In this document: positions 17,912-29,932 of the stretch, in pieces
Position numbering within the stretch: the stretch's first letter is position 1
Layout: each line of letters opens with the position of its first letter
Virus genome (UHGV): UHGV-0112358
Length of the DNA stretch: 41,688 nucleotides
DNA from: a virus
Strand: one strand, 5' to 3'
The notes under the pieces: model-generated
Seen by the model: only the letters and a program-made list of their open reading frames with translations
Told to the model about the DNA's origin: nothing
The model's database searches: none
Made by a program: the position numbers and the translations under genes

Positions 17912-18266
17912 CCATTCCAAAGCCCATCTACGGGTGGGCTTGATAATGAAACCGTGATTTACATCCCCACAATCCGGGTATGTAAAAGATAGTTCAGGCG
18001 AGAACGGATTTAACTAAATCTGTGCGCCACCAGTTAACGGCAGTACCACGAAACAACCCAAGCCAGTAAGTGGGGAAATAACACTGGCAGCCACTGAAAG
18101 ATGAACCTCCTGCCTTATGGCAAAAAAGATTCTTTGTGGTGGCGGACTGATGGAAAGACATCGGTTATTGCAGAGGCCATTCAATGAGTGGTCTCGACAA
18201 TGGCTTATACCCTACACGGGATAACTTAACTGATATCCCTTTTAACGGATAAACGGAGCACAAATA

Positions 18267-18857
18267 ATGGCAAAGCTCACCGACAAACAAGAGCTGTTTG
18301 CCCGTGAGTACCTGAAAGATCTGAATGGAACACAGGCAGCTATCAGGGCGGGCTACAGCGAGAAGACCGCCAATGAGCAGGCATCTCGATTATTAGCAAA
18401 TGTTAATGTTCAAAAATTCGTTGCTGAACTTAAAACCGCCCGCGTTGAACAGACGGGCATAGATGCAGCCTATGTTCTTCGTAGATTGGTTGAAATCGAC
18501 CAGATGGATGTGCTTGACATTCTCCTGCAAGACGGTGAGCTAAAACCCATTAAAGACTGGCCTAAGGTATGGCGCACAACGCTATCAGGAATGGATGTCG
18601 TGGAGATGGTATCCGCAGATAGCGCCGCACTTCTGAAGAAAATCAAATGGCCTGATAAGGTCAAAAACCTCGAACTTCTTGGTAAGCATGTTTCTGTTCA
18701 GGCATTTAAAGAGCAAACATCTACAGAAATAACTGGCGCTGATGGTGGCCCTGTTCGTTATGCCGATATGTCAGAAGAGTTACTTGAAGAGAAACTGAAG
18801 GAGCTTGGTAATGGCAGGCGCTCCAATCAGCTTGAATCGAAACGCTCAGATTTATGA
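18267..18857 (+). CDS. terminase small subunit
   Basis: MAKLTDKQELFAREYLKDLNGTQAAIRAGYSEKTA... typical small-terminase N-terminus; immediately upstream of TerL. Confidence 0.75.
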   Translation: MAKLTDKQELFAREYLKDLNGTQAAIRAGYSEKTANEQASRLLANVNVQKFVAELKTARVEQTGIDAAYVLRRLVEIDQMDVLDILLQDGELKPIKDWPKVWRTTLSGMDVVEMVSADSAALLKKIKWPDKVKNLELLGKHVSVQAFKEQTSTEITGADGGPVRYADMSEELLEEKLKELGNGRRSNQLESKRSDL

Positions 18858-20331
18858 GTTGCACAAAGAGCTGGCTATCCGCTCAGCAAGAAAAAACCTT
18901 CTCGATTTCACTTTGTACACTAATCCGCAATACGAAACAGGTTGGTTTAACGAGCTGCTTTGTGCTGAGCTAGATCACTTTCTGGATGAAGTTAAAGCCG
19001 GAAACATGCCCAGGCTAATGGTGTTTGCCCCTCCGCGCTCAGGAAAGAGTGAGTTGTGCTCTCGCCGCTTCCCGGCGTATGTGTTAGGACAGCATCCATC
19101 ATGGAACATTATCTCGTGCTCATATTCTTCTGACCTGTCAGACCGAATGAGCCGTGACGTTAAACGCATTATCACCTCTGACAAGTACGCTGATGTTTTC
19201 CCTGACGTGAAAATACCTTCAGGACGTAGTTTGGCGGGAGGCATCAACAAAACCGAGCTATGGGAACCAGTTGATGCCAAAGGCGAACTACACGGCGGCT
19301 CATATCGTTCTGCTGGCGTTAACGGTGGTATCACAGGTCAGGGTATGAATATTGGGGTTATTGATGACCCCGCGAAAGATTACAAAACCGCATCGTCTCC
19401 AACTTACCAGGAAGCGGTGATGGACTGGTACGACACGACATTCTTCACGCGTGTTGACCCGAAGATAAACGGCATCGTCATCATTCTGACACGCTGGCAT
19501 CAAAACGATCTCGCCGGACAGTTATTAAAACTAGCTGAAGAGGGTGGGGAACGATGGCGCGTAGTTAGCTTCCCAATGGAAGCTGAAAAGGAGGAGATCC
19601 ATGAACTCAACGGTAACGTATATCGACTGCGCAATCCCGGTGAAATTCTGTTCCCTGAGCGCATGCCGAGAGAGTTCGTAGAGAAATGCAAACAGCGCGG
19701 TTCCCTTGTATGGAATGCTCTTTATCAGCAAAGACCAACCGCCAAAGGCGGGGGGCTTATTAAGTCTGAATGGTTTGGTGAATATCTGGTACTCCCTCCC
19801 ATGCAATGGCGTGCCGTCTATGGAGACACCGCACAGAAAACAAAAGAGGTCAACGACTTCTCAGTATTCGAGCACTGGGGGCTTGGTACTGACGGGTACA
19901 TCTATCTGATAGATATGATTCGCGGTAAATGGGAGGCCGATGAATTACAACGCCGTGCTGTTGCATTCTGGGAAAAGTGCAAAACTCTGAAGAATGGGCC
20001 GCTTCGCCACATGGCGATAGAGGACAAGTCATCTGGCACAGGCCTGATACAGAACATCCGTAAAAAAGCGATATGCCCCATCAAAGCAATTCAGCGCGAT
20101 AAGGATAAGTACACGCGACTGATGGATGTACAGGGTTATATCGAGTCCGGTTACATCAAGTTGCCCAGCAGCGCACCATTCATCAACGACTTCCTCGTTG
20201 AGATGGAAGCTATTAATCCTGATTTCAATACGCACGACGACCAGCTTGATCCGATGATGGATGCCATCGATGAGATGAAAAATGGCAATGGTCCGTTACG
20301 TATATCTGAAGACCTTTTGAGGCTCGCATAG
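18811..20331 (+). CDS. terminase large subunit
   Basis: Walker [12 protein letters not shown], nuclease-domain acidic residues; ATG 18811 with SD AAGGAG. Confidence 0.85.
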   Translation: MAGAPISLNRNAQIYELHKELAIRSARKNLLDFTLYTNPQYETGWFNELLCAELDHFLDEVKAGNMPRLMVFAPPRSGKSELCSRRFPAYVLGQHPSWNIISCSYSSDLSDRMSRDVKRIITSDKYADVFPDVKIPSGRSLAGGINKTELWEPVDAKGELHGGSYRSAGVNGGITGQGMNIGVIDDPAKDYKTASSPTYQEAVMDWYDTTFFTRVDPKINGIVIILTRWHQNDLAGQLLKLAEEGGERWRVVSFPMEAEKEEIHELNGNVYRLRNPGEILFPERMPREFVEKCKQRGSLVWNALYQQRPTAKGGGLIKSEWFGEYLVLPPMQWRAVYGDTAQKTKEVNDFSVFEHWGLGTDGYIYLIDMIRGKWEADELQRRAVAFWEKCKTLKNGPLRHMAIEDKSSGTGLIQNIRKKAICPIKAIQRDKDKYTRLMDVQGYIESGYIKLPSSAPFINDFLVEMEAINPDFNTHDDQLDPMMDAIDEMKNGNGPLRISEDLLRLA

Positions 20332-21866
20332 TGTTTAATTTTTTGAGAAAGAAAAAATCTGAGCCTCAGAAAGAAGAGGCGAAACAGCCAATGTCTCTGG
20401 CGAATGTTCTTGCGATTATTAACGAGCAGGAGCGAATTAAAAATGAAGGCGAGGCATTGCGTAGAATTGAGCGATACGTACCCCCGCCAGGCGTTATTCC
20501 TGAACATATTGGGGAGTCAGCTCTGGCGATGGACTCCACGCCGTACAGTTACCTTAACTCAGCAAACATCACCGCATATGGCTACGGTGGATTTCCCGGC
20601 TACCCATATCTGTCTCAACTTGCTCAGTTGCCGGAGTATCGCAAGATTACTGGCACGATAGCAGAAGAGATGACGCGAAAATGGATTGAGCTGAAGCATG
20701 TAGGTAAAGACGATGGTGACGACAAGGCCGATAAGATTCGCCAGCTTGACGACGCATTAAAGCGTTTCAGAGTGCGAGAGAAGTTTCGCGAGGCGGCGGA
20801 ACATGACGGTTACTTCGGGCGCGGACAGATTTATATCGACGTGAAGACGCCAAGCGGTAACTCAGCCTGGCTGGTTCCCGACGAACTGGATAAGAAGCTC
20901 TATATCAGCCCACGCAAGATTACCAAAGGAAGCCTGAATGGTTTCCGCGTTATCGAGGCCATGTGGACATACCCTGGTGTGTATAACGCTGATAACCCTC
21001 TCAGTCCTGATTTCTTCAATCCATCTGAATGGTATGTCATGGGGCGTACTGTTCACGCCAGCCGTATGTTGACAATGATTTCTCGCCAGGTGCCAGACAT
21101 TCTCAAAGCGGCGTACAACTTCGGCGGCTTGTCGCTGAGTCAGATGGCAGAGCCATACGTGCAGAACTGGTTGAGAACACGTGACAGCGTTAGCGATCTG
21201 GTTCATTCGTTTGTGGTCCATGGGCTGAAGACGAACATGCAGAATGCCTTGTCTGGAATTGCAGACCCAAACCTGTTTATGCGTGCCGAGCTATTCAATA
21301 AGGTTCGCGACAATCGCGGAATGTTCCTTATTGATAAGGATGGAGAAGAATTCTTCCAGTTTGTGACAAGTCTGTCCGGAGTTGATGCTCTTCAGGCGCA
21401 AGCGCAGGAACAAATGGCATCGGTATCAAGCATTCCTCTGGTTAAGCTCCTTGGCATCACTCCTAACGGGCTAAACGCTTCATCTGATGGCGAAATCCGC
21501 GTCTTCTATGACTCAATACACGCCATGCAGGAGAATCTGTTCAGGGTGCCGCTGAAAACGGTGCTGGATGTTATCCAGTTGAATGAATTTGGCGATATTG
21601 ACCCTGACATTGATTTTGAATTCCTGCCGCTGTACGAGCTTACAGAAGCAGAGAAAGCCGAGATCATGAAACATCAGTCTGAGGCTGATAAGAACTATGC
21701 CGAAGCTGGCGTGTTCGATCTTGATGCAATAAGAAGCATGCGCCAGTCGGATAAGGCCAGCCCATACCACATGATGGAATCTGAATATGACGAAGAAGAG
21801 TACGAAAACGAGTCCATCGAAGAAGGATTCGAAGACCCGGAAAACACTTCGTCCAGTCAGAGCTAA
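20331..21866 (+). CDS. portal protein (Mu gp29-like)
   Basis: 511 aa following TerL and preceding MuF-like gene; acidic C-terminus. Confidence 0.65.
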   Translation: MFNFLRKKKSEPQKEEAKQPMSLANVLAIINEQERIKNEGEALRRIERYVPPPGVIPEHIGESALAMDSTPYSYLNSANITAYGYGGFPGYPYLSQLAQLPEYRKITGTIAEEMTRKWIELKHVGKDDGDDKADKIRQLDDALKRFRVREKFREAAEHDGYFGRGQIYIDVKTPSGNSAWLVPDELDKKLYISPRKITKGSLNGFRVIEAMWTYPGVYNADNPLSPDFFNPSEWYVMGRTVHASRMLTMISRQVPDILKAAYNFGGLSLSQMAEPYVQNWLRTRDSVSDLVHSFVVHGLKTNMQNALSGIADPNLFMRAELFNKVRDNRGMFLIDKDGEEFFQFVTSLSGVDALQAQAQEQMASVSSIPLVKLLGITPNGLNASSDGEIRVFYDSIHAMQENLFRVPLKTVLDVIQLNEFGDIDPDIDFEFLPLYELTEAEKAEIMKHQSEADKNYAEAGVFDLDAIRSMRQSDKASPYHMMESEYDEEEYENESIEEGFEDPENTSSSQS

Positions 21867-22605
21867 CGCCGGAGTTCATGAGTGGTATCGCTCTGAGCTT
21901 CTTAAACTGGTTAGGGAGATGGATAAGTCATACCGATACTGGCTTGAGGGCGCATACAAAAACAACATGGCGATGGATTCCAGTCCTGCGAATGAGTTAA
22001 GGCGCAGATTATCCAGACTAGGCATGCAGTGGGAGCATAAATTCAATGAACTGGCTAAGAAACTGGCTGATCGCTTCGTTGATAAGACACTGCGCAACAC
22101 CGACGTTTCGTTACACTCAGCGTTAAAGGCTGGCGGATTTACCGTTAAGTTCACAATGAATGACGAGCTTAAGAACGTGATGCAGGCTGTCGTTAACGAG
22201 AACGTCAACCTGATTAAATCCATACCTGAACACTATCACACACAGGTTGAGACGATAGTCATGCAGTCTGTCAGCCGTGGTCGTGACCTTGGCTATCTCA
22301 CTGATGAACTGGTTAAGCGATATGGCATTACTCGCAGACGCGCTGAGACGATTGCACGCGACCAGAACAACAAAGCTACAGCGGTAATTCAGTCTGAACG
22401 GCAGAAGAAGTTAGGCATCACCAAAGGAATCTGGCGTCACTCACACGCCGGGAAGCAGCCAAGGCCGTCCCATGTGAAAGCTGACGGTAAAGAGTTCGAC
22501 CTCGATAAAGGGCTGTATCTCGATGGTGAATGGGTGCTGCCTGGAGAGGCTATCAACTGCCGTTGTACGTGGTCTCCTGTTATCCCTGGGGTAGATAGAA
22601 AATGA
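21787..22605 (+). CDS. Mu F-like head morphogenesis protein
   Basis: C-terminal ...[25 protein letters not shown]...CRCTW motif; start uncertain, 80-nt overlap with portal. Confidence 0.7.
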   Translation: MTKKSTKTSPSKKDSKTRKTLRPVRANAGVHEWYRSELLKLVREMDKSYRYWLEGAYKNNMAMDSSPANELRRRLSRLGMQWEHKFNELAKKLADRFVDKTLRNTDVSLHSALKAGGFTVKFTMNDELKNVMQAVVNENVNLIKSIPEHYHTQVETIVMQSVSRGRDLGYLTDELVKRYGITRRRAETIARDQNNKATAVIQSERQKKLGITKGIWRHSHAGKQPRPSHVKADGKEFDLDKGLYLDGEWVLPGEAINCRCTWSPVIPGVDRK

Positions 22606-22694
22606 TTGAGGTTTTATGGTCTCTGGGCTTAGTGTTAATTTTTGGTTGCTTAATGATTGCACTACTGAAAATAGCTATGTCCAAGAGGAAATAA
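22602..22694 (+). CDS. small hydrophobic peptide (30 aa)
   Basis: [30 protein letters not shown]; ATG overlaps upstream stop; terminator follows. Confidence 0.3.
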   Translation: MIEVLWSLGLVLIFGCLMIALLKIAMSKRK

Positions 22695-22720
22695 TGGCCG
22701 CTACTGCGGCTTTTTTATTG
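22695..22720 (+). terminator. rho-independent terminator
   Basis: GCCGC-tact-GCGGC followed by TTTTTTATT. Confidence 0.45.
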
Positions 22721-22739
22721 CCTGCCGAAAGGTAAATGC

Positions 22740-23966
22740 ATGCCATTACGCAAAGTTAAAGGCGACTGGCAATGGGGATATCACGGATTGGCATTCGACA
22801 AGGCAACGGTGCGCTCCTTTGATAAGGATGGGCGTTTGCATATCGAAGTGACGCCAATCAGTAAGGCTAACGTTTGCCCTTATTATGGACGTGAAATTCC
22901 TAATTACAGATCGCTAGGTTTACAGCCTGACAAAGTTTACTACCTGCTTCGCGACCCGAAAGAGTTAGCCAAAGCAGCATCTACATTCAACAACATCCCG
23001 CTCCTTAACGAACACATTCCGGTTACTGCTTCAGACCCTCAGAAGATGGCTGTGGTTGGTTCTACTGGTACTGATGCTGAGTTTGACGGGACTTATCTCA
23101 AGAACTCGCTTGTCGTCTGGGACGCAGATTCTATCGCTGGAATCGAGACAGACGAGAAGAAAGAACTTTCGTCGGCCTACAGATATGTAGCTGACATGAC
23201 CCCCGGCGTGCATGAAGGCCAGCCATACGATGGTGTAATGCGCGATATCGTCGGGAACCACGTTGCTCTCGTAACAGAGGGAAGAGCCGGATCCGACGTT
23301 GTTGTCGGGGATTCAATACCAACAGGAATGAAATCAATGTCAGAACTTACTAAAAAGTTGATGGCAGTTATCACGCCGATGCTGGCCAGTGATGAGAAGC
23401 CAGAAGAAGTGGAAAAGAAAGTGCAAAAGGTTGTTGAAGACGAAGCCACTCAGGCTGAGAGAGATAATGAGTCAGAAGCAGAGCGTCTGAAACGTGAAGA
23501 GGATGAACTAAAAGAGCGTGAAGAACGTGAGCGAAAGGATCGCGATCGTGACCGCAAAGAAGCGGAAGACGAAGATGATGACGGCAAGGATAAAAAGACT
23601 GCCGAGGATGAAGACGATGATGAGAATAAAGCAGCTATGGATGCCGCATTAATTCGAAAAGCTGAAGAGAATGTGATGGGGCGTATCCGTCAAGCCAATG
23701 AGGCTCGAGAATGCGTTCGCGCTTTGGTTGGTGATGTGAGTCTGGTAGCTATGGATTCCGCAGAGTCTATTTATCGCTTTGCTCTTGATTCAATTGGTGC
23801 TGAACATAAAGGCGTTCATCCTTCAGCACTTAAATCGATGGTTGAATTTGCTATCAGCCAGAAAGCGGTAGTTCGCAAACCATCTCATGGTATGGGTATG
23901 GATGCTGCCGCAACCAATTCTTTCGCCAAGGCATTTCCTGGCGCAACTAAACTGAAACGGAGCTAA
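22740..23966 (+). CDS. putative prohead protease / scaffold (Mu I-like)
   Basis: 408 aa with highly charged low-complexity segment typical of scaffolds; position between MuF-like and capsid genes. Confidence 0.5.
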   Translation: MPLRKVKGDWQWGYHGLAFDKATVRSFDKDGRLHIEVTPISKANVCPYYGREIPNYRSLGLQPDKVYYLLRDPKELAKAASTFNNIPLLNEHIPVTASDPQKMAVVGSTGTDAEFDGTYLKNSLVVWDADSIAGIETDEKKELSSAYRYVADMTPGVHEGQPYDGVMRDIVGNHVALVTEGRAGSDVVVGDSIPTGMKSMSELTKKLMAVITPMLASDEKPEEVEKKVQKVVEDEATQAERDNESEAERLKREEDELKEREERERKDRDRDRKEAEDEDDDGKDKKTAEDEDDDENKAAMDAALIRKAEENVMGRIRQANEARECVRALVGDVSLVAMDSAESIYRFALDSIGAEHKGVHPSALKSMVEFAISQKAVVRKPSHGMGMDAAATNSFAKAFPGATKLKRS

Positions 23967-23969
23967 GAA

Positions 23970-24449
23970 ATGAGTGGCTTTCAAAGTGTAATTAATCAGC
24001 AACAGGCGCCGGGAGTTGAGGGCGATTTCGCTTCGGCTAACCCTAAAGCAAGTCTTCTTGCAGGTGAGGGAGCTCTTGTTGCCGGTGCAAATGGGGTTGT
24101 TGTTGGTCGCTTTGCATGGGTAAGCAATGGTGTTGTCAATAACACTGGAACCGGTGCTCCTGCCGGTTTCGTTCATCGGGAAGGGCAGGCGTCTGTCACC
24201 ACATGGCTTGGTGAGTCATCTATGACTATTCAGCCTGGAGTTCAGATGACATTGATGACTGCTGGTGACTACTGGGTGAAAACGGCCGGTGCGGCAACCG
24301 TAGGGCAGAAGATTTTCGCCAAACTGTCAGATGGAACTATTACCGCCGGCGATGCCGGGGCGTCAATCTCGGATTACGTTGAAACAAAATTTGTTGTTGG
24401 CAGTGCTGGCGAGGCTGGCGAGTTGATTCAGATGGGCACCTGGAGCTAA
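23970..24449 (+). CDS. Gly/Ala-rich head protein (putative decoration protein)
   Basis: 159 aa with SD, immediately upstream of major capsid gene. Confidence 0.45.
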   Translation: MSGFQSVINQQQAPGVEGDFASANPKASLLAGEGALVAGANGVVVGRFAWVSNGVVNNTGTGAPAGFVHREGQASVTTWLGESSMTIQPGVQMTLMTAGDYWVKTAGAATVGQKIFAKLSDGTITAGDAGASISDYVETKFVVGSAGEAGELIQMGTWS

Positions 24450-24452
24450 TAC

Positions 24453-25493
24453 ATGAATAACGCAGAATTTTTACAACATAAAGCTATGGCTGAGCGAGAT
24501 TACGGTGTAATCCTTCCGGAAGCCAAAGCCTATCTGACGGATGCTGTTGCTAATAGCTATTCCTATGCAATGGATTCTCAGCCTTCACTGGTAACAACCA
24601 GTAACTCTGGCATTCCATGGTACTTCACTAATTACGTTGACCCGGAACTGATTCGCATCCTTGTCACTCCGATGAAAGCGGTGGAAATTCTGGGGGAAAC
24701 GAAGAAGGGAGACTGGACCACCATGACCGCACAATTCCCGGTTGTGGAATCAACAGGTCAGGTTTCCAGTTATGGTGACTACAACAATAATGGGCAGGTA
24801 AACGCTAACGTCAACTGGGTTGCTCGTGAGTCCTATCTGTACCAGACCATTACTCAGTGGGGTGAACTGGAGCTTGATCGTTACGGTGAAGGCCGCATTG
24901 CATGGGCTCAACAACTGAATACTGCTTCTGCGCTGACCCTGAATAAGTTTCAGAACAAGTCCTACTTCTTCGGCGTTGCTGGTCTGAAGAACTACGGCAT
25001 TCTGAATGACCCTAACCTTCCGGCATCAATCACCCCGGGCGCAACGGGTACTGGCAGTGGAACTACTTGGGCAACTAAAGACGGTCAGGCGGTGTATGAC
25101 GATATCCAGGCTCTTTACATGCAGTTAGTGAAGCAGACCAAGGGGTACGTTGAGCGAGACAGCAAGATGACGCTGGCGATGAGTCCAGAGTCAGAAGCAA
25201 ATCTGACCAAGACCAACATGTACAACGTCAACGTGTCTGATCAGCTGAAGAAAAACTTCCCGAACCTGCGCGTTGTTACTGCTGTTGAGTACAAAACCGA
25301 ATCCGGCGAACTGGTTCAGTTGATCGCCGACGATTTGGATGGTCAGGACACCGGCTACTGCGCATTTACCGAAAAAATGCGTGCGCATCCGGTTGTTGTT
25401 GACCTGTCCGCGTACAAACAAAAGAAAACCGGTGGCACCTGGGGCGCAATCATTCGCCAGCCGCTGGCATTTGCAAGCATGTTGGGAGTTTAA
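24453..25493 (+). CDS. major capsid protein
   Basis: 346 aa, position and size in head module. Confidence 0.65.
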   Translation: MNNAEFLQHKAMAERDYGVILPEAKAYLTDAVANSYSYAMDSQPSLVTTSNSGIPWYFTNYVDPELIRILVTPMKAVEILGETKKGDWTTMTAQFPVVESTGQVSSYGDYNNNGQVNANVNWVARESYLYQTITQWGELELDRYGEGRIAWAQQLNTASALTLNKFQNKSYFFGVAGLKNYGILNDPNLPASITPGATGTGSGTTWATKDGQAVYDDIQALYMQLVKQTKGYVERDSKMTLAMSPESEANLTKTNMYNVNVSDQLKKNFPNLRVVTAVEYKTESGELVQLIADDLDGQDTGYCAFTEKMRAHPVVVDLSAYKQKKTGGTWGAIIRQPLAFASMLGV

Positions 25494-25496
25494 TTC

Positions 25497-25844
25497 ATGG
25501 CAGAAATGGTAAGCGTTGGCTGCAAATTGCCAAATGGCCTTCAGGTAACTCTGGATGGCAAAACAGTAATCCTGAACGGGGCGGCAACAACCGCCCTCCG
25601 TGGTCTTGATGGTGCAATTCCTGAGGGGGCTTTCGGAGTTACCATGGTCGAGAAAGACTTCATGGATAAGTTCATCGAGACCTATAAGGATGCCGCGTAT
25701 ATTCAGAACAATGCAATCTTCATTCAGAAAGATATTCGCAGTCTGAATGCGCAGGGTAAAGATCTGAAAGAATCAAAAACTGGCCTCGAAGGCCTTGACC
25801 CGGAAAATCCGGCTCCGGGCGTAAAAAAGGCTGACGAAAAATAG
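25497..25844 (+). CDS. hypothetical head protein
   Basis: 115-aa ORF with SD GGGAG. Confidence 0.5.
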   Translation: MAEMVSVGCKLPNGLQVTLDGKTVILNGAATTALRGLDGAIPEGAFGVTMVEKDFMDKFIETYKDAAYIQNNAIFIQKDIRSLNAQGKDLKESKTGLEGLDPENPAPGVKKADEK

Positions 25845-25856
25845 CGGGAGCAGCAA

Positions 25857-26288
25857 ATGGGCGTCGTAATATTTGACCCCTCCGCATTTAAGCTACGCTA
25901 TCCTGAATTCTCATCTGTCGACGACGCACTTCTTCAGCAGTATTTCACGCAAGCAACCATTTATCTCGATAACACAGACTCAGGTCGTGTGTCGGATTTG
26001 GCTGTACGCTCGATGCTGCTGAATATGCTGGTTGCCCATATCGTCTGTTTGTATTCAGGAGCGAATGGGCAGTCTCCATCCGGATTGGTTGGAAGAATCG
26101 ACAGTGCTTCAGAGGGTTCGGTTAGCGTTCATGCCGATATGCCAGGGGGAACAGCAAATTCAGCATGGTACATGCAAACAAAGTACGGGGCTGATTACTG
26201 GAATGCTACGGCGCCGTTTCGCACCTTCCAGTATATAAGCGGGCATTCTCCATCAAATTACCCGAATGGGTATTACCGGAGGTACTGA
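25857..26288 (+). CDS. putative head-tail connector protein
   Basis: 143-aa ORF with SD in head-completion block. Confidence 0.5.
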   Translation: MGVVIFDPSAFKLRYPEFSSVDDALLQQYFTQATIYLDNTDSGRVSDLAVRSMLLNMLVAHIVCLYSGANGQSPSGLVGRIDSASEGSVSVHADMPGGTANSAWYMQTKYGADYWNATAPFRTFQYISGHSPSNYPNGYYRRY

Positions 26289-26734
26289 TGGATAAGGTGA
26301 TGGATGCGCTGGATGAGGTTGAAAAGCAATTTTCCAACATTCAGCTAAAGGTTGGCTTCCTTGAGGGGGCTACTTACGGCGGTGTAATCCCGGTCCCCAT
26401 GGTTGCCGCTACCAACGAGTTTGGGAATCCGGCTCATAATCAGCCTCCTCGACCTTTTTTTAGAAATGCAATCGCAGAGCATGAAGAAGAGTGGAAAGAG
26501 CAGACTGCTTTGCTAATTGAGCGTGGCGATGACATTGAAGAAGTATTTTCAATGCTGGGAACTATTATCGCCGCTGATATACAGCAGTCGATTCGCTCCC
26601 TTGATTCTCCGCCACTTTCACCAGTTACCATCGCAAGAAAGGGATTTGATAATCCGCTGATTGATACCAAAAACATGCTGGACAGCGTCAGCTATGAGGT
26701 GAGCGAAATTGAATCTCAGACAGATAGCCAATAA
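26288..26734 (+). CDS. putative head completion protein
   Basis: 148-aa ORF, SD GGAGGT, overlapping start. Confidence 0.5.
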   Translation: MDKVMDALDEVEKQFSNIQLKVGFLEGATYGGVIPVPMVAATNEFGNPAHNQPPRPFFRNAIAEHEEEWKEQTALLIERGDDIEEVFSMLGTIIAADIQQSIRSLDSPPLSPVTIARKGFDNPLIDTKNMLDSVSYEVSEIESQTDSQ

Positions 26735-27080
26735 CGCGATCACAAGCATTAACCCTAATATCCCGGCAATCCTGAAAAAGTATGCAGGCGAAACTATCGG
26801 CCCCGGTCGCAAGCCGATTCCGTCTTATCTCCCTGACCAGCACGTTACCATTCAACTACAGCCAATCAGTCGCGGCGACATGCAACACGTCGATGGACTG
26901 AATATTCAGGGGCTGGCAAAAGTGATTTACGTCAATGGTAATTACTTCAGTGTGCAGCGAGAACTGGAGCAGGGCGGAGATATCTTCGTGATTAACGGGG
27001 AACAATGGCTTGTTGTTGAGCCAATAGAGTTGTGGGATTCATGGTGCCGACTGATTGCTGTATTGCAGGTAAGCCCATGA
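26709..27080 (+). CDS. putative tail completion protein
   Basis: 123-aa ORF, TTG start preceded by GAGGTGA. Confidence 0.45.
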   Translation: MNLRQIANNAITSINPNIPAILKKYAGETIGPGRKPIPSYLPDQHVTIQLQPISRGDMQHVDGLNIQGLAKVIYVNGNYFSVQRELEQGGDIFVINGEQWLVVEPIELWDSWCRLIAVLQVSP

Positions 27081-27592
27081 ATGATTTCACTGTCGATAAT
27101 ATTATCGATGTACTTGCTGGCTACATAGAACCTATCGCTGGTAAATGCCTGCAGGCTCAGGCTAACCGTGTACCAATGCCCAAGGATCAGTTCTGCATCC
27201 TGACCCCTTTGCGATTCACCAGACTATCCACGACGAGAGAGCTTAAGCAAGATACCGGCTCTCCGGACACAAGCGCCATGGGATATACGGAAGTCCGCCA
27301 GGCTGATATTCAGGTAGATATCTATGGTCAGGGGGCTGGGGATAGAGCTATTGCACTGGAAACAACATTCACCAGTGGATATGGCTACGACATCATCAAG
27401 GCTATTGATGCACGTCTTGCACCGCTTTACTCATCTCCTGTCATTCAGGCGCCGATGATCAACGCCGAGAGTCAGTGGCAGGAGCGTTACACGTTAACTC
27501 TTTCCCTGCAAGCACACATCACCGTGTCGTTCCAGCAGGACTATTTCGACAAAGCAGAAATTTCAACTGAACAGGTGGATAACCGCCCATGA
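27077..27592 (+). CDS. putative tail-associated protein
   Basis: ATG overlaps upstream stop; track ORF starts 27032. Confidence 0.45.
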   Translation: MNDFTVDNIIDVLAGYIEPIAGKCLQAQANRVPMPKDQFCILTPLRFTRLSTTRELKQDTGSPDTSAMGYTEVRQADIQVDIYGQGAGDRAIALETTFTSGYGYDIIKAIDARLAPLYSSPVIQAPMINAESQWQERYTLTLSLQAHITVSFQQDYFDKAEISTEQVDNRP

Positions 27593-29079
27593 GCACAATC
27601 CCTTTATCTGTAGATTTTAATATCACGCCCAATGTCGTTACGCCTGCCGGTTCTGCGGTTGATGCTAACGGCCTGATGTTGACCGATAACGAGCTTATCC
27701 CGGTTGGCGCGGTACAATCTTATTACTCCTCATCTGATGTATCAGCTTTGATGGGGAGTGAATCGAAAGAATTCCTCGCCGCACAACAGTATTTTAACGG
27801 CTACGAAAACTCATCCGTTATTCCTGGTGAACTGCTGATGTATCGTATTGTTACTTCACCAGTGGCTGGGTATCTTCTGTCCGGCAACCTGAAAGGTGTT
27901 GCCCTGGCAACACTGAAAGCGATTCCAGCAGGAACAATCACCCTTTCCATTGACGGTGAGTCGACTACCAGCACATCAATTGATTTGTCCACAGCCACAA
28001 GTTTTAGTGACATTGCGTCCAAGTTGCAGGTTGGAATTGGTGCAAGCAAGGTGGTGGTTGAATGGTTGCCAATCGCTAACCGATTCATCATTCGCTCTGC
28101 CACTACTGGCGCAGAGAGTGAAGTGTCTTATGCTTCTGCTGGCGCTCTGGCTACCGGGTTGTTACTGACGCAGGATTCCGCAGCGATTGTATCACCGGGT
28201 TCTGATGCGGTAACGCTGACAGACACGATGAACAACATCATCAACGTCAACCAGAACTGGATCCTGTTTAACTCGCTGGTCGAACTGACCGATGACCAGA
28301 AAACAGAATTGTGCGCATGGGCAAGCAGCAGTAAAAACCGGTTTGGATATGTTGTTCACGACACCACCTCAGCAGGAACGGTAGCAAATAATGCCAATTG
28401 CTTTGTGCAGAAAGTGGTTGTGGCAAATGGCTACGAGAACATTTTTCCGGTGTACGGAACATACCTGTATAGCGTTACAGCACTGGCATATGCTGCATCC
28501 GTGGATTTTGCACGCACCAATGGGCGTATCTCGTTCAAGTTCCGTGGATTTTCAGGGTTAGCACCCAACGTCAGAGATCTGGCGACCGCTCAGGCACTGA
28601 AGTCAAACGGTTACAACTTCTACGGATCATACAGCCTGAACAAAACAATGGCGCAGTACGCATCTGATGGTGCCATTACTGGAAAGTTTGTATGGCTGGA
28701 CAGTTTTATTAATCAGGTATGGATTAATGCCAATCTGGTTAGTGCTTTTGCCAACCTGTTCACCAATAACCAGTCTTACCCGTTCAATGAGACAGGATAC
28801 GGCGCAGTTTCTGCTGCTGTTATTGATGTTGCTGAACAGGCTCTCAATTTCGGGGCTATTCAGCGCGGCGTGAAACTTGATAATGCGCAAACCAGAATTG
28901 TGAATAACACAGTTGGAAAAGATATCTCATCGACGCTGTATTCACAGGGCTGGTTCCTGTACATCCCGACACAGTCAGGCTCTGCACGCATTGAGCGCGA
29001 CCTGAAAGGTGTCATTTTTTATTATGTCGATGGGCAACTTATTCAGTCCATCACGATGTCCTCAACCGCGATTTTATAA
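27589..29079 (+). CDS. contractile tail sheath protein (Mu gpL-like)
   Basis: 496 aa, size and position before tube gene. Confidence 0.65.
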   Translation: MSTIPLSVDFNITPNVVTPAGSAVDANGLMLTDNELIPVGAVQSYYSSSDVSALMGSESKEFLAAQQYFNGYENSSVIPGELLMYRIVTSPVAGYLLSGNLKGVALATLKAIPAGTITLSIDGESTTSTSIDLSTATSFSDIASKLQVGIGASKVVVEWLPIANRFIIRSATTGAESEVSYASAGALATGLLLTQDSAAIVSPGSDAVTLTDTMNNIINVNQNWILFNSLVELTDDQKTELCAWASSSKNRFGYVVHDTTSAGTVANNANCFVQKVVVANGYENIFPVYGTYLYSVTALAYAASVDFARTNGRISFKFRGFSGLAPNVRDLATAQALKSNGYNFYGSYSLNKTMAQYASDGAITGKFVWLDSFINQVWINANLVSAFANLFTNNQSYPFNETGYGAVSAAVIDVAEQALNFGAIQRGVKLDNAQTRIVNNTVGKDISSTLYSQGWFLYIPTQSGSARIERDLKGVIFYYVDGQLIQSITMSSTAIL

Positions 29080-29090
29080 GGGAATAAATC

Positions 29091-29525
29091 ATGCCTATCG
29101 ATATTACCTCGGCAAACAGTAAGCTGCGAATCGTCGTACCCGCTTACTACCCTGGCGGTTTTGATGTTGACGACTACGCAGCTGATAACATGTTTGAAAC
29201 TGGTGCGTTACAGAACAAAGAAGACATGATGTCAGCGGACGGTAAATACCATGCTGGTTTTATCTTTAACCCGACAGAGTTCACCATCAACCTGATGCCC
29301 ACATCCAATGCTGGCTCGCTGATTGATGACTGGTATGCAGCGGAGAGAACCGCAATTTCAGCGTTTCAGTGTAATGCGGTGCTTACAGTTCCGGCTCTCG
29401 GCGCGAAGTGGAATTTTGTGAACGGGGTTCTTTATACATGGACTCCAACCCCTCCGGGTCGGCGCGTACTGCAACCACGCCCGGCAGTATTTCACTTTGA
29501 GTCTGTAACACGGAGCACTATCTGA
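29091..29525 (+). CDS. tail tube protein
   Basis: 144 aa directly after sheath, SD TAAGGGA. Confidence 0.6.
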   Translation: MPIDITSANSKLRIVVPAYYPGGFDVDDYAADNMFETGALQNKEDMMSADGKYHAGFIFNPTEFTINLMPTSNAGSLIDDWYAAERTAISAFQCNAVLTVPALGAKWNFVNGVLYTWTPTPPGRRVLQPRPAVFHFESVTRSTI

Positions 29526-29932
29526 TGGCACGTAAAGAAATCTCCTTTATCGTGGAAGACGATAATCGCGACAATGGGAAGGAGTTCATTATCACAGAGA
29601 TGTCGGCATGGGATGCCGACGAACTGGCACAGGATTTATTCCGCTCCATGGGGGAATCGGGATTCTCTGGTATTCCTGCTGATGTGATTGCCATGGGGTG
29701 TGCTGGCCTTGCCACCCTTGGTCTGAATGTTATTTCTGCTGCATCGCCGGAAGTCGCCAGAAAACTTCGTGATCGCCTGATGTCAACTGTGCAAATTGTG
29801 ATTACACACGAAGGCAGCAGACAGGTGCGAACCGTGAAGCCTGTCGACTTTGAAGAGGTATCAACCATTCGTCAGGTAATGGATAAGGTATTTAAAGTCA
29901 ATTTTGATTTTTTAACGATCGCCGGAGAGTGA
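29525..29932 (+). CDS. tail assembly chaperone (G-like)
   Basis: 135-aa acidic protein before tape measure; slippery TTTTTTA near 3' end. Confidence 0.65.
   Translation: MARKEISFIVEDDNRDNGKEFIITEMSAWDADELAQDLFRSMGESGFSGIPADVIAMGCAGLATLGLNVISAASPEVARKLRDRLMSTVQIVITHEGSRQVRTVKPVDFEEVSTIRQVMDKVFKVNFDFLTIAGE

Noticed and set aside
27801-28462. Short ORFs on both strands inside the sheath gene
   Set aside because: Embedded in a long, well-supported structural gene; no independent signals.
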